A stretch of 64,000 nt of DNA from Clostridia bacterium (GCA_030527115.1 JAUNBM010000002.1:4285-68284); one strand, 5' to 3'. Positions 25,925 through 37,670 are shown, numbered from the stretch's first letter. Made by a program: numbers and translations. Notes: generated by a model not told the origin, from the letters alone.

Positions 25925-27088
25925 TCAGCCTCCGTTTCGCAGGGCGTCCTCATATACCGCTTGAGCTACGGCGGCGGAAACGCGGGGGTCGAAGGGCGGG
26001 GGGATTATATAGTCGGGGGACAGCTCGGCGTCGGAGACGAGGGCGGCGATGGCTTCGGCGGCGGCGCGCTTCATGCTCTCGGTGATGCTCCTTGCCCTTG
26101 CGTCCAGAGCCCCCCTGAAAACGCCGGGGAAGGCAAGCACGTTGTTGATTTGATTCGGATAGTCGCTTCTACCCGTGCCGATGATGAAAGCGCCCTCACT
26201 TTTCGCCTCGTCGGGCATGATTTCGGGAACCGGATTCGCCATCGCAAAGATGATCGGCTCGGGGTTCATCGAACGCACCATATCGGCGGTGACGATGTTG
26301 GGCGCGCTGACGCCGATAAACACATCGGCGCCTTCCATGGCGAGGGCAAGCTCCCCGCTGAGCAGGCGCGGATTGGTTTTGAACGCCAGCTCCGCCTGAT
26401 AGGGATCGAGCGTCGGGTCGTTTCGAACGATCAAGCCCTCCTTGCGAACGAGGGTCAGATCCGTAGCGCCCGCATCGAGCAGGATTTTTGCGACCGCCAT
26501 TCCAGCCGCGCCCGCGCCGCAGACGACTATGCGCACCCTGTCCAGGGCGGCTTTTTTCAGCCGCAGAGCGTTTTTCAGCGCCGCGAGCAAAACTATCGCA
26601 GTTCCGTGCTGGTCGTCGTGGAATACCGGAATGTCGCAAAGCTCCTTCAGGCGGCGCTCTATTTCAAAGCAACGCGGGGCGGAGAAATCCTCAAGATTGA
26701 TTCCGCCGAAGGAGGGAGAAATCCGGTAGATAGCGTTAACTATCTCGTCGACCTCGGTGCTGTTGATGCAGAGCGGCACGGCGTTGACGTTTGCAAAGGA
26801 TTTAAAGAGGACGCATTTGCCCTCCATAACGGGCATGGACGCCTCCGGGCCGATATTCCCCAGCCCCAAAACGGCGGTGCCGTCGGAAATGACGGCTATC
26901 GTATTGCCCTTTCCGGTCAGCTTGTAGCTTAATTTTAGATCCTTTTGGATCTCCAAACAGGGCGCGGCTACGCCGGGCGTATAGGCGAGCGATAGCTCGT
27001 CCCTGCCGGTAACCTTCATCTTGGGCACTATGTCAAGCTTGCCCTGCCATTCCTCGTGCTTTTTTAAGGATTCACGCATATAGTCCAT
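25925..27088 (-). CDS. NAD(P)-dependent malic enzyme (short form)
   Basis: LSLAYTPGVA, PVMEGKCVLFK, FHDDQHGTA and VVCGAGAAG motifs. GAGGTG RBS. Confidence 0.9.
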   Translation of the reverse strand: MDYMRESLKKHEEWQGKLDIVPKMKVTGRDELSLAYTPGVAAPCLEIQKDLKLSYKLTGKGNTIAVISDGTAVLGLGNIGPEASMPVMEGKCVLFKSFANVNAVPLCINSTEVDEIVNAIYRISPSFGGINLEDFSAPRCFEIERRLKELCDIPVFHDDQHGTAIVLLAALKNALRLKKAALDRVRIVVCGAGAAGMAVAKILLDAGATDLTLVRKEGLIVRNDPTLDPYQAELAFKTNPRLLSGELALAMEGADVFIGVSAPNIVTADMVRSMNPEPIIFAMANPVPEIMPDEAKSEGAFIIGTGRSDYPNQINNVLAFPGVFRGALDARARSITESMKRAAAEAIAALVSDAELSPDYIIPPPFDPRVSAAVAQAVYEDALRNGG

Positions 27089-27136
27089 ATTATCACCTCA
27101 GAGGGATTATACCACCGAAACGGGCAGGATGCAATG

Positions 27137-27165
27137 TTGCCAAAACGCAACAAATGCGGTATACT
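27137..27165 (+). promoter_or_regulatory. Sigma-A-type promoter for murI (TTGCCA-17-TATACT)
   Basis: Hexamers with a 17-nt spacer. The track's ATG at 27154 lies inside this promoter, which argues for a downstream start. Confidence 0.55.
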
Positions 27166-27195
27166 GCACTATATATTTTGAAAGGCGGGCTGGCT

Positions 27196-27993
27196 TTGAA
27201 GCGGATACGGCGCTTGGGAGTTTTTGACAGCGGACTCGGCGGGCTTACGGTCTTAAACGAGATCTGCAAATATAATGAAGGGCTTGAGATAGTGTACTTT
27301 GGCGACACGGCGCGGGTGCCCTATGGATCGCGTTCGGACGAGACTATCCTGAGCTACGCAAGGCAGGACGTGCGCTTTTTGATGGCGCAGGAGGTGGACG
27401 CCGTAGTCGTCGCCTGCGGAACGGTGAGCGCAATCGCTATCGACAGGTTGCAGGCTGAGATGGATATTCCGATATTCGGGGTTATTCCCTCGGCGGCGAA
27501 GGCGGCGGTTGAAAGCTCCAGGACGAAGCGGATCGGTCTGATTGGCACGGCGGCAACGGTTCGGAGCGGGGCATACAAGCGGACGATAACGCAGATTGAG
27601 CCTCGTGCGGAGGTTGTGGCGGAGGCCTGCCCGTTGCTGGTGCCGCTGATTGAAAACGGTTGCAAGCCCGACGACGAGCTTGCGGAGCTGGCGTGCAAGC
27701 GGTATCTTGAGGCTTTTGGGGGCGGCAGGGTGGACACCATCGTTATGGGCTGTACCCACTATCCCTTCTATCGCAGAACGTTTGAGCGGCTTGCGCCCGG
27801 CGTGAGCTTCATTGATATAGGCGAGGCGCTGGCGAGGGAGCTGGCGAGCCTGCTTCCGCTCGCGAAGGGCGAAAGCACCCGCGTGAGCTATTATGTGAGC
27901 GATTCGGATACGGGCTTTGGGGAAATCGCCTCCAGATTTTTAACCGTTGTCGAGGCGAAAGAGGTTCGTCCGGTCAATATCGAGAAGTATTAG
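27196..27993 (+). CDS. murI: Glutamate racemase
   Basis: LGVFDSGLGGLTV, VVACGT(V)SA and MGCTHYP are the catalytic Cys motifs. TTG at 27196 gives an N-terminus MKRIRRLGVFDSG, which is collinear with known MurI proteins. Confidence 0.85.
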   Translation: MKRIRRLGVFDSGLGGLTVLNEICKYNEGLEIVYFGDTARVPYGSRSDETILSYARQDVRFLMAQEVDAVVVACGTVSAIAIDRLQAEMDIPIFGVIPSAAKAAVESSRTKRIGLIGTAATVRSGAYKRTITQIEPRAEVVAEACPLLVPLIENGCKPDDELAELACKRYLEAFGGGRVDTIVMGCTHYPFYRRTFERLAPGVSFIDIGEALARELASLLPLAKGESTRVSYYVSDSDTGFGEIASRFLTVVEAKEVRPVNIEKY

Positions 27994-28055
27994 TTTGTCA
28001 TGAAATAAGCAAGTCCCCTCATACACTTGAACAAATGCGTATGGGGGGTCTTAAT

Positions 28056-28310
28056 TTGGATTACACCGAAGAAAGAATTTATCTTGCGGCACATTATATG
28101 CTGGAACACAGCGCTACGGTCAGGGATACGGCGAGGGCTGTGCGGTCGAGCAAGTCAACGGTGCATAAGGACTTGACGACGAGGCTTATGCAGCTCAATC
28201 CGACGCTGGCGGGCGAGGTGAGAAAGGTGCTGGACGCCAACAAGGCGGAACGGCATATCCGCGGCGGACAGGCGACGCTGAACAAGTATAAGCGCATGAA
28301 ACGGGAATAA
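28056..28310 (+). CDS. spoIIID: Stage III sporulation protein D (HTH transcription factor)
   Basis: DYTEERIY...VRSSKSTVHKDLTTRL...NKAERHIRGG matches the SpoIIID pattern. TTG at 28056 follows GGGGGG by 7 nt (TCTTAAT) and gives the M-DY... N-terminus seen in homologues. ATGs at 28035 and 28041 are alternative starts. Confidence 0.8.
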   Translation: MDYTEERIYLAAHYMLEHSATVRDTARAVRSSKSTVHKDLTTRLMQLNPTLAGEVRKVLDANKAERHIRGGQATLNKYKRMKRE

Positions 28311-28311
28311 A

Positions 28312-28950
28312 TTAGCTTTCGGCGCGGCAGGCGCAGAGCGAGTATACCCTTAAAGCACCCGCGCTTTTCAGCGCTTTCGCGCAGGCGGAAAGGGTGGCTC
28401 CGGTCGTGAACACATCGTCGATAAGGAGGACGGACAGGCCCTTGACCTCCGGAGCGGCCTTGAAAGCTCCGCGAACGTTCTTTGCCCTCTCCTTGGGCGA
28501 ACGATGGGTTTGGCTTCCGGTATAGCGCACCCGTTCGATAAGGTCGCGGCAGTAGGGGAGCTTATAGGCGGCGCTGATCCGCTTTGCCAGCGTTTCGCTT
28601 TGATTATAGGTTCTGAACAGCTCCTTTAGATAGTGCAGGGGAACGGGGGCGATTATATCGACCTCCCATTCTACTGGGACAGCCATATACTGAGCGAAGA
28701 AATCGGCGTATTCGCGCCGGTCATGATACTTGAAGCGGTGCATCGCCCTCCTTACCGGGTCGGTATAGACGAGTCCGGCGGCACAGCCGTCCAGATATGG
28801 AGCGGGCGGCGGGGCAATGCAGAGCATAAGTTCGTTCCGACAGCGGTCGCAGAGATTGTCCGCGCCCGGGACGCTTTCTTCGGCGCAGAGATAGCAGGCG
28901 ACGTAGGACGGGGAGATGAATTCAAAAACTTTGCTAAGGAAGCTACTCAT
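28312..28950 (-). CDS. comFC: ComF family protein (phosphoribosyltransferase-like, ComFC)
   Basis: N-terminal Cys pairs (CYLC...CDRC) and the C-terminal PRT motif VLLIDDVFTTGATL. Start at ATG 28948-28950, overlapping the recD2 end by 8 nt. Confidence 0.8.
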   Translation of the reverse strand: MSSFLSKVFEFISPSYVACYLCAEESVPGADNLCDRCRNELMLCIAPPPAPYLDGCAAGLVYTDPVRRAMHRFKYHDRREYADFFAQYMAVPVEWEVDIIAPVPLHYLKELFRTYNQSETLAKRISAAYKLPYCRDLIERVRYTGSQTHRSPKERAKNVRGAFKAAPEVKGLSVLLIDDVFTTGATLSACAKALKSAGALRVYSLCACRAES

Positions 28951-31138
28951 TGCCGTAAGCGTCCAAAAGCAGGGTGGTAAGCGCGGTGTAGCGCCGCCTC
29001 CGGCTGTTGTTGCCAACCATGGAGGCTATGGTGTGTTCGCTTCCGAGGCAGAGAACCTGCCGCCTGGCGCGGGTGACGGCGGTGTAGAGGAGATTCCTGG
29101 TGAGGAAAAGCGGGGAACCGCCGAGGAGGGGCAACACAACTATGTCGTATTCGCTTCCCTGGCTCTTGTGTATGGAAACGCAGTAGGCCAAACTGAGATC
29201 GTCAAGCTGAGAAAATTCGTAGACGGCGAGCCGGTTGTCATCGAAAACCACCGACAGACTTCGCGTCTCGGAGTTGATTCGATATATCGTTCCGAGATCC
29301 CCGTTAAAGACTCCCTGCCCGTCCGTGTACGACAGCTCGGTTGGGGAATACCGCTTCCATTCGAGTTTATAGTTGTTCTTCACCTGCATAACCTTGTCGC
29401 CCTCGCGAAAGACGGTCTCGCCCGTGGAGTATTCCGCCTTGCTCGGATGGGGCGGGTTCAGCGCCGCCTGCAGGATGCGGTTCAAGCGGATAACGCCCAA
29501 ATTGCCCTTCTTTACCGGCGATAAAACCTGCAGGCTCAAAACCCCGTGTTGCGCAGGGCCGCTTTGCATCTTGCAAAATGATACTATTCGCTCGGTTATC
29601 TCGCTCTCCATATAGAGCGGCTCAAACACGAAATCGGAATGCGGTTCGTCGAGTATGGGCATTCGCCCGTTGTTTATCAGGTGCGCGTTGGTGATTATCC
29701 GGCTTCGAGACGCCTGCCTGAATATCTCGGTCAGGCGCATCACAGGAAGAACCCCGCTGTCGATGATGTTGCGGAAAACGTCGCCACAGCCGACGGGAGG
29801 GAGCTGATCGCAATCGCCTATCAGCACCAGCTGAGCCGAGCGGGGCAGGGCGGAAAGCGCGGCGTGCATCAACGGGAGGTCGACCATGGACATCTCGTCG
29901 ATGATTAAAACCTGGGTTTCCAAGGGGTTTTCGGAGTTCCTTCCAAAGCCCTCGACCGGGTGATATTCGAGCAACCGGTGAATCGTGCCCGCCTCCGCGC
30001 CCGTGGCTTCAGCGAGCCGCTTTGCCGCGCGGCCCGTTGGCGCGCAGAGCTTAAAATCAATATCCGCGTCGGCAAGGGCGTGAACCACGAAGCGGACGAT
30101 GGTGGTTTTTCCGGTTCCGGGGCCGCCGGTTATAATAAGGTTGCCGCCCGAAAGCGCGAGCATAATTGCCTCCCGTTGCTCGTCGGAAAGGCTCAGGCTC
30201 AAGTCCTTCTCATACTTTTCAAAATCCCAAAGACGGTTTGAAAAAGCGGCTGGCTGTCGGCGCGTAAGCTTTTTGGCGACGGATTGCTCCATGCGCAACA
30301 AATAGGGCAGAAAAACGCCGTCGTCCTCACCGACCATATGATAGAGCAGGCCGCCGGAGTCCACCATATAGTCCAAGGAATCGGAAACCGCCTCCATGCT
30401 AACGCCGAGCAGGGAGGCGGCCTTTAGAATGAGCTTGTCCCGAGGCAAAAAGGTATGCCCATACTCCTGCTTTGCGCTCTCAAGGGCATATTTGATGCCG
30501 GCGCAGAGACGGGAAACGGAATCCGTCTCAAAGCCCGCGATATTCTGGGCTATCCTGTCGGCGGTAACAAAGCCGATGCCGTCGACGTCCTCTATCATCT
30601 GATAGGGATTCTCCTGGAGCTTTGCGAGGCAGACGTCGCCGTATATCCGGTAAAGCTTGTAAGTTTGATGAACGGTAACGCCGTAGGGTTCGAGCGCGAG
30701 AAATATATCGCGCATATTCTTGTTTTCGCGGTAGGAGTCGATGATAAGGCGGTACTTCTTCTTGCCGATGCCCGAAACCTCCATCAGGCGTTCGGCTTCG
30801 CTGTCCAAAACGCGGAGCGTATCCATGCCAAAATGCCCGACTATCGCGGACGCCATCGCAGGGCCGACCCCCTTGATTGCGCCGCTTCCGAGATAGATTT
30901 CCAAAGAGCGCAGGGAGGAGGGGGCGGTGAGCGTATAGGAAGTAGCTGTAAACTGACGGCCGTACTTCGGATGAACGCGAATCTCACCGTGAAATACGGC
31001 CTGTTCGCCAACGTTGCAAAGCGGGAGAATCCCATTGACCGTGAGGGTCTCGCCGCCTGCAAGCTCAAGGCTCAAAACGGAATAGCCGTTCTCGGCGTTG
31101 CGGTATATGATCGAAGTAATCAGCCCTTCAATTTCCAT
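28943..31138 (-). CDS. recD2: ATP-dependent RecD-like DNA helicase (RecD2)
   Basis: [22 protein letters not shown] (OB-like N-terminus), HhH region, Walker A GGPGTGKTT, LIIDEMSMVD, and SIHKSQGSE. The start shares one nucleotide with the glyQS stop (TGATG). Confidence 0.9.
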   Translation of the reverse strand: MEIEGLITSIIYRNAENGYSVLSLELAGGETLTVNGILPLCNVGEQAVFHGEIRVHPKYGRQFTATSYTLTAPSSLRSLEIYLGSGAIKGVGPAMASAIVGHFGMDTLRVLDSEAERLMEVSGIGKKKYRLIIDSYRENKNMRDIFLALEPYGVTVHQTYKLYRIYGDVCLAKLQENPYQMIEDVDGIGFVTADRIAQNIAGFETDSVSRLCAGIKYALESAKQEYGHTFLPRDKLILKAASLLGVSMEAVSDSLDYMVDSGGLLYHMVGEDDGVFLPYLLRMEQSVAKKLTRRQPAAFSNRLWDFEKYEKDLSLSLSDEQREAIMLALSGGNLIITGGPGTGKTTIVRFVVHALADADIDFKLCAPTGRAAKRLAEATGAEAGTIHRLLEYHPVEGFGRNSENPLETQVLIIDEMSMVDLPLMHAALSALPRSAQLVLIGDCDQLPPVGCGDVFRNIIDSGVLPVMRLTEIFRQASRSRIITNAHLINNGRMPILDEPHSDFVFEPLYMESEITERIVSFCKMQSGPAQHGVLSLQVLSPVKKGNLGVIRLNRILQAALNPPHPSKAEYSTGETVFREGDKVMQVKNNYKLEWKRYSPTELSYTDGQGVFNGDLGTIYRINSETRSLSVVFDDNRLAVYEFSQLDDLSLAYCVSIHKSQGSEYDIVVLPLLGGSPLFLTRNLLYTAVTRARRQVLCLGSEHTIASMVGNNSRRRRYTALTTLLLDAYGNE

Positions 31139-32514
31139 CAGAATGCAAGCTTCGCTCCTATATGCGCGGCGACCTCGCCAATAGGAACGCGCTGTTGTTC
31201 CATGGTATCGCGGTCGCGGATGGTTACACAGCCGTCCTCCAGGGTGTCGAAGTCCACCGTGATGCAAAGCGGAGTTCCAATCTCGTCCTCGCGGCGGTAG
31301 CGCTTGCCTATGGAGCCGGTTTCATCGTAGTCGACCATAAACTCCTTGGACAGCTCGCCGTAGAGCGCCAAAGCGGGCTCGCTGAGCTTTTTGGACAGCG
31401 GCAGCACCGCGGCTTTAAAGGGAGCGAGGGCGGGGTGGAATCGAAGCACCGTGCGAACGTCGCCCTCCGAAAGCTCCTCCTCGTCATAGGCGTCGCAAAG
31501 GAAGGCGAGGGCGACCCTGTCCGCGCCGAGGGAAGGCTCGATGCAGAAGGGGACGTATTTCTCGTTCGTATAGGGATCCTGGTATTCAAAGTTCTCCCCA
31601 CTGCAGGCGGCGTGCGCTTTGAGGTCGAAGTCGGTGCGGTCGGCTATGCCCCACAGCTCGCCCCAGCCAAAGGGGAAAAGGTATTCGATATCGGTGGTTC
31701 CGTTGCTGTAAAAGGAAAGCTCCTCCTTGGAATGCTCCCGGAGCGTAATGTTTTCCCGCTTCATGCCGAGGGCGAGCAGGAAGTTCAAACAGGTTTCCTT
31801 CCAGTATTCATACCACTTTAAATCCGTTCCGGGCTGGCAGAAGAATTCCAGCTCCATCTGCTCGAATTCGCGGGTTCTGAACGTGAAGTTGCCCGGGGTT
31901 ATCTCGTTGCGAAAGCTCTTTCCAATCTGGCAGATGCCGAAGGGAATCTTCTTCCGCGAGGTGCGCTGAACGTTTTTAAAGTTGACAAAGATGCCCTGCG
32001 CGGTTTCGGGCCGGAGATAAAGCTCGGAGCTGGTATCCTCGGTAACGCCCTGAAAGGTTTTGAACATCAGGTTGAACTTTCTTATCGGGGTAAAGTCGTG
32101 CGAACCGCATTCCGGGCAGGGGATGCCGTGTTCGCTGATGAAGGCCTCCATGCGGGAGTTGTCCCAGCCGTCGGAGTGGACGGAGGGATCGAAGTCCTCG
32201 ATGAGCTTGTCGGCGCGAAACCTCGCCTTGCAGGACTTGCAGTCCATCAAAGGATCGGAAAAGCCGCCGACGTGGCCGGACGCGACCCAGGTTTGCGGGT
32301 TCATCAAGATTGCGGCGTCCATACCCACGTTGTAGGGGCTCTCCTGAACGAATTTTTTCCACCACGCCTTTTTTACGTTGTTTTTGAACTCAACGCCGAG
32401 CGGGCCGTAGTCCCAGGTGTTGCTGAGCCCGCCGTAGATTTCGCTGCCCGCGAAGATAAAGCCTCTCGCCTTGCAAAGGGCGGTGATCTTATCCATAGTT
32501 GCTTTTGTCGCCAT
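31138..32514 (-). CDS. glyQS: Glycine--tRNA ligase (homodimeric class II)
   Basis: [34 protein letters not shown] and [25 protein letters not shown]. Start at ATG 32512-32514 behind GGAGGAG. Confidence 0.9.
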   Translation of the reverse strand: MATKATMDKITALCKARGFIFAGSEIYGGLSNTWDYGPLGVEFKNNVKKAWWKKFVQESPYNVGMDAAILMNPQTWVASGHVGGFSDPLMDCKSCKARFRADKLIEDFDPSVHSDGWDNSRMEAFISEHGIPCPECGSHDFTPIRKFNLMFKTFQGVTEDTSSELYLRPETAQGIFVNFKNVQRTSRKKIPFGICQIGKSFRNEITPGNFTFRTREFEQMELEFFCQPGTDLKWYEYWKETCLNFLLALGMKRENITLREHSKEELSFYSNGTTDIEYLFPFGWGELWGIADRTDFDLKAHAACSGENFEYQDPYTNEKYVPFCIEPSLGADRVALAFLCDAYDEEELSEGDVRTVLRFHPALAPFKAAVLPLSKKLSEPALALYGELSKEFMVDYDETGSIGKRYRREDEIGTPLCITVDFDTLEDGCVTIRDRDTMEQQRVPIGEVAAHIGAKLAF

Positions 32515-32541
32515 AGAAATCTCCTCCAATATTATCACTCC

Positions 32542-32570
32542 ATTATTCAGCAGAACCGGCTTTTTGTCAA
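32542..32570 (-). promoter_or_regulatory. Candidate promoter for glyQS (TTGACA-17-AATAAT)
   Basis: Consensus -35 on the minus strand at 32565-32570, a 17-nt spacer, and an A/T-rich -10. The leader is too short for a T-box. Confidence 0.45.
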
Positions 32571-32652
32571 GACCCGCACACATAAAACGGATTCAGCGTA
32601 TTATGCAGTACGATGCCTGACATCGAAAATAAGTTAGGAGGAACCTTTTACA

Positions 32653-32850
32653 ATGTTTTGTAATTCCGGAAGTTCTAATCTGATGTGGATTCTCGTTCTT
32701 CTGCTCGTTTTGGGCGACAACGAGAACGGCTGCGGTTGCGGCTGTGATACGCTGATCTGGCTCTTGTTGCTCAGCAAGTATTGCGGCGGCGACAACAACG
32801 GAACCTGCGGCTGTGGTTGCACCACCTCAACCCGTTCCTGCGGCTGCTAA
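32653..32850 (+). CDS. Small Cys/Gly-rich hydrophobic protein (65 aa) with an internal duplication
   Basis: MFCNSGSSNLMWILVLLLVLGDNENGCGCGCDTLIWLLLLSKYCGGDNNGTCGCGCTTSTRSCGC. GGAGG lies 11 nt upstream, and a strong terminator follows. No homologue that I can name with certainty. Confidence 0.5.
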   Translation: MFCNSGSSNLMWILVLLLVLGDNENGCGCGCDTLIWLLLLSKYCGGDNNGTCGCGCTTSTRSCGC

Positions 32851-32877
32851 AGTCATGATTTGCAAATGATGAGTTAA

Positions 32878-34752
<1,875 letters not shown>

Positions 34753-34766
<14 letters not shown>

Positions 34767-35526
34767 GTTTTTGAGCATGATGGAGCGCATCGTTCCCAAG
34801 GCGTATGCGATGGACGGAGACAACGTGGGACTTTTGGTCGGCACGGACAGGACGGAGATAAGGAAGGTGCTCGTGGCTTTGGATTGCACCGTGAAGGTGG
34901 CAAAGGAGGCGCAGAGCCGGGACGCGGATTTGGTGCTGTGTCATCACCCGCTGTTCTATGACGGGGTAAAGCGGTTTCTCCCGAACGAGCCGCAAACGGC
35001 GGCGGCCTATATATTGGCAAGAAACGGAATAGCGATGTTTGCGGCGCATACGAATCTGGACGCGGTGGAGGGAGGAGTAAACGACGCTCTTTGCGAGGCT
35101 TTGGGGCTGACCCACGTCGTGCCGCTCGAGCCGGATCGGCTGGGGAGACTGGGATATGCGCGGGAGGGAACGACGCTCCTTGATTTGATGCAGGATTGCA
35201 CGAGGGCGATGAACTGCTCCTGCCGCTATTCGGGCAGGCCGGACGCGCCGGTTTCAAAGGTCGCGGTTATCGGCGGAAGCGGAGGCGGGGATCTGTTAGC
35301 GGCGGTTGAAAATGGAGCGGACGCCTTTGTAACCGGAGAGGTAAAATATCATCATTTCCTTAATGCGGCGGTGATGGGACTGAATTTGGTGGTTTGCGGG
35401 CACTATGAAACCGAGGCTCTTGTGCTGAAATCTCTAATTTCACGTTTACAGATGGAGAAAAATGATGTACAATATATGTTAACGCAGACTGGGAACGTGG
35501 CTCCCTGCAGTCGCTTTGGAGGATAA
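34753..35526 (+). CDS. Nif3-like dinuclear metal centre protein
   Basis: DGDNVGLLVG, LVLCHHPL, AAHTNLD and TGEVKYH motifs. Confidence 0.85.
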
Positions 35527-35528
35527 AA

Positions 35529-36251
35529 ATGAGTAGAATTGATGCGCTCCTGGCCTACCAAAAGGCCGATGAGGAAAAACAACAGCTTGAGCTGGCGGTT
35601 AAGACGACCGAGAACCGTCAGCGGCTGAACAAATTGCACAAGCTTTTAAAGGAACAGCAGGCGACGGTTGCAAAGGCAAATGAGAACCTGGAGCTGACTA
35701 CCGCCGCGCTTGCGAGAATACAAGCCCAGTGTTCCGCCTTCTTCGACCGCTATGAGCTTGAAAGCGCCGAGTTGGATAATCTGAAGCAGGACGAGGAATG
35801 CACCGGCGAGGAGATGACCGAGTTTCGCCTCGATATCGAAAAGCTCAGCCGTGAGATAGGAGCCATGGAGAAGGAAGCGGAGCGGTTGCTTGAGAGCCTC
35901 AATAAGCTCGTCGACGATTATCAAAAGACCCGTCAGGTGGCGGGCAAGGCGAAGAAGGAGTATGACAAGCTCCGCCTCGTTTGCGAGGAGGAGAAGGAGC
36001 GGAGCGCGGCGGCGATAGACGACTGCGCCAAGGAGATGAAGCGGCTCGCGGAAAGGGTCGACGACAGGCTGATGCAGAGGTATAGGCGGGCAAGACAGCA
36101 TTATCCCACCCCGGTTGTCCCGGTGCTTCACCAGAAGTGCAGCGGTTGCAATATGTCGCTGCCCACGCTCATGCTGAAAAAGCTGTTAAACGCCGATTCG
36201 GTGGCGGAGTGTGAGAATTGCGGCAGATTGCTGTATATTACAAAAGAATAA
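35529..36251 (+). CDS. Coiled-coil protein with C-terminal C4 zinc ribbon (COG1579-like)
   Basis: Long heptad-rich body and C-terminal CSGCNMSLP...CENCGRLLY. Conserved partner of Nif3-like genes. Confidence 0.75.
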   Translation: MSRIDALLAYQKADEEKQQLELAVKTTENRQRLNKLHKLLKEQQATVAKANENLELTTAALARIQAQCSAFFDRYELESAELDNLKQDEECTGEEMTEFRLDIEKLSREIGAMEKEAERLLESLNKLVDDYQKTRQVAGKAKKEYDKLRLVCEEEKERSAAAIDDCAKEMKRLAERVDDRLMQRYRRARQHYPTPVVPVLHQKCSGCNMSLPTLMLKKLLNADSVAECENCGRLLYITKE

Positions 36252-36254
36252 GGT

Positions 36255-36586
36255 TTTGAGCAAGCTGGACGATTGCGCCCTAAAAGGGGTGAGGAAAGTC
36301 CGAGCACCACAGGGAAGAGTGCCGGGTAACACCCGGTGGAGGCGACTCCAAGGACAGTGCAACAGAAATAAACCGCCGCATTTGCGGTAAGGATGGAAAG
36401 GCGAGGTAAGAGCTCACCGACGACATGGCGACTTGTCGGGCCTGTAAACCCCACTCGGTGCAAGATTGAATTGAGAGCATTTAATGGCGTCCCGTCAAGC
36501 TCTTTGTAATCGCTCGAGCCGTCGGGCGACCGGCGGCCAAGATAGATAATCGTCCTCGACAGAACTCGGCTTACGGCTTGCTCAAA
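36255..36586 (+). ncRNA. rnpB: RNase P RNA (M1-type ribozyme)
   Basis: Contains the universally conserved P4 strands GAGGAAAGTCCG (36290-36301) and ACAGAACTCGGCTTA (36559-36573). The terminal helix pairs TTGAGCAAGC with GCTTGCTCAA. End coordinates are approximate (+/- 5 nt). Confidence 0.85.
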
Positions 36587-36606
36587 AATTTTTAGATGAG
36601 GATAGT

Positions 36607-37605
36607 ATGGAAGGAAGAAAACGGATTTTTTCGGGCATTCAGCCCTCCGGCAACATCACGATAGGCAACTATATAGGCGCCTTAAAGAACTGGATCGAGC
36701 TTCAGGACGATTACGATTGCATCTACTGCGTCGTGGATATGCACGCTATTACGGTAAAGCAGGACGCTTCGGTTTTGAGGAAGAGAAGCCTCGACGCGCT
36801 GGCGCTGTTGCTCGCCTGCGGAGTGGAGCCCGAGAAGTCCATTCTTTTCATCCAGTCCCACGTTCCCGAACACGCGATGCTGAACTGGGCGCTTTGCTGT
36901 AAGACCTATATTGGGGAGCTTCAGCGCATGACCCAGTTCAAGGACAAGAGCGTGCGCCACGCCGACAATATAAACGCCGGACTCTTTACCTATCCCGTAT
37001 TGATGGCGGCGGACATACTGCTGTATCAGGCGGAGCTGGTTCCGGTCGGCGAAGACCAGAAACAGCACGTCGAGCTGACGCGGGATCTCTGTTTGCGCTT
37101 CAACAAAACCTATGGCGAGACCTTCGCCATGCCCGAGCCGCTTATACCCAAAACCGGCGCGAGGATAATGAGTTTGCAGGAGCCGCAGAGAAAGATGAGC
37201 AAGTCGGATCCCAACCCGAACGCCTATATCAATGTTCTCGACGAGCCGCAGGACATCGAGAGAAAGCTGAAACGGGCGGTAACCGATTGCGAGGGGCTGA
37301 TAGCCTACGATCCCCAAAACCGCGCCGGAGTGTCAAACCTGCTTGAGATATACTCCGCCATGCGAAATATTCCGGTCGAAAGGAGCGTTGAGCTGTTTTC
37401 GGGTTTGGGCTACGGCGAGCTTAAAGCCGAGACCGCCAAGGCGGTCATAGAGCGGTTTGCGCCCATACGGGAGCGATATAGGGAACTGACCTCCGATCGA
37501 AAGCGACTTCTGATTATTGCGGAGGACGGGGCGGACAAGGCAAAGAGGATAGCCCAAAAAACGATTGCGAAGGTATACCATAAGTTAGGGTTTGACAGCA
37601 AGTGA
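36607..37605 (+). CDS. trpS: Tryptophan--tRNA ligase
   Basis: FSGIQPSGNITIGNYIG (HIGH-type region) and KMSKS are present. Confidence 0.9.
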   Translation: MEGRKRIFSGIQPSGNITIGNYIGALKNWIELQDDYDCIYCVVDMHAITVKQDASVLRKRSLDALALLLACGVEPEKSILFIQSHVPEHAMLNWALCCKTYIGELQRMTQFKDKSVRHADNINAGLFTYPVLMAADILLYQAELVPVGEDQKQHVELTRDLCLRFNKTYGETFAMPEPLIPKTGARIMSLQEPQRKMSKSDPNPNAYINVLDEPQDIERKLKRAVTDCEGLIAYDPQNRAGVSNLLEIYSAMRNIPVERSVELFSGLGYGELKAETAKAVIERFAPIRERYRELTSDRKRLLIIAEDGADKAKRIAQKTIAKVYHKLGFDSK

Positions 37606-37670
37606 AGCGATGAAAAACCCCTGAGGAGGACGGGCTTATTTCAAAAAAATTAGGAAAACACAAGGCGATT

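Noticed and set aside
31139-32583. N-terminal extensions offered by the ORF track for several genes: glyQS to 32583, recD2 to 31267, comFC to 29016, thiolase from 1546, apt from 46053, MBL hydrolase from 49261, livF from 7917, rSAM to 20888, and ylbJ-like to 39295.
   Set aside because: Internal starts have good SD sequences at proper spacing and give N-termini collinear with known family members. The extensions are R/G/P-rich, overlap upstream genes or promoters, and lack RBSs.
36128-36480. Minus-strand ORFs of 111 and 66 aa overlapping 36128-36480.
   Set aside because: The region is RNase P RNA, with conserved P4 strands and a terminal helix on the plus strand. The ORFs have no RBS, and their sequence is structured-RNA-derived.
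36587-36606. T-box or other riboswitch leaders upstream of trpS and glyQS.
   Set aside because: The available intergenic spaces (~20 nt before trpS and ~50 nt between promoter and start for glyQS) are far too short. No T-box sequence (GGGTGGTACCGCG-like) is present there.
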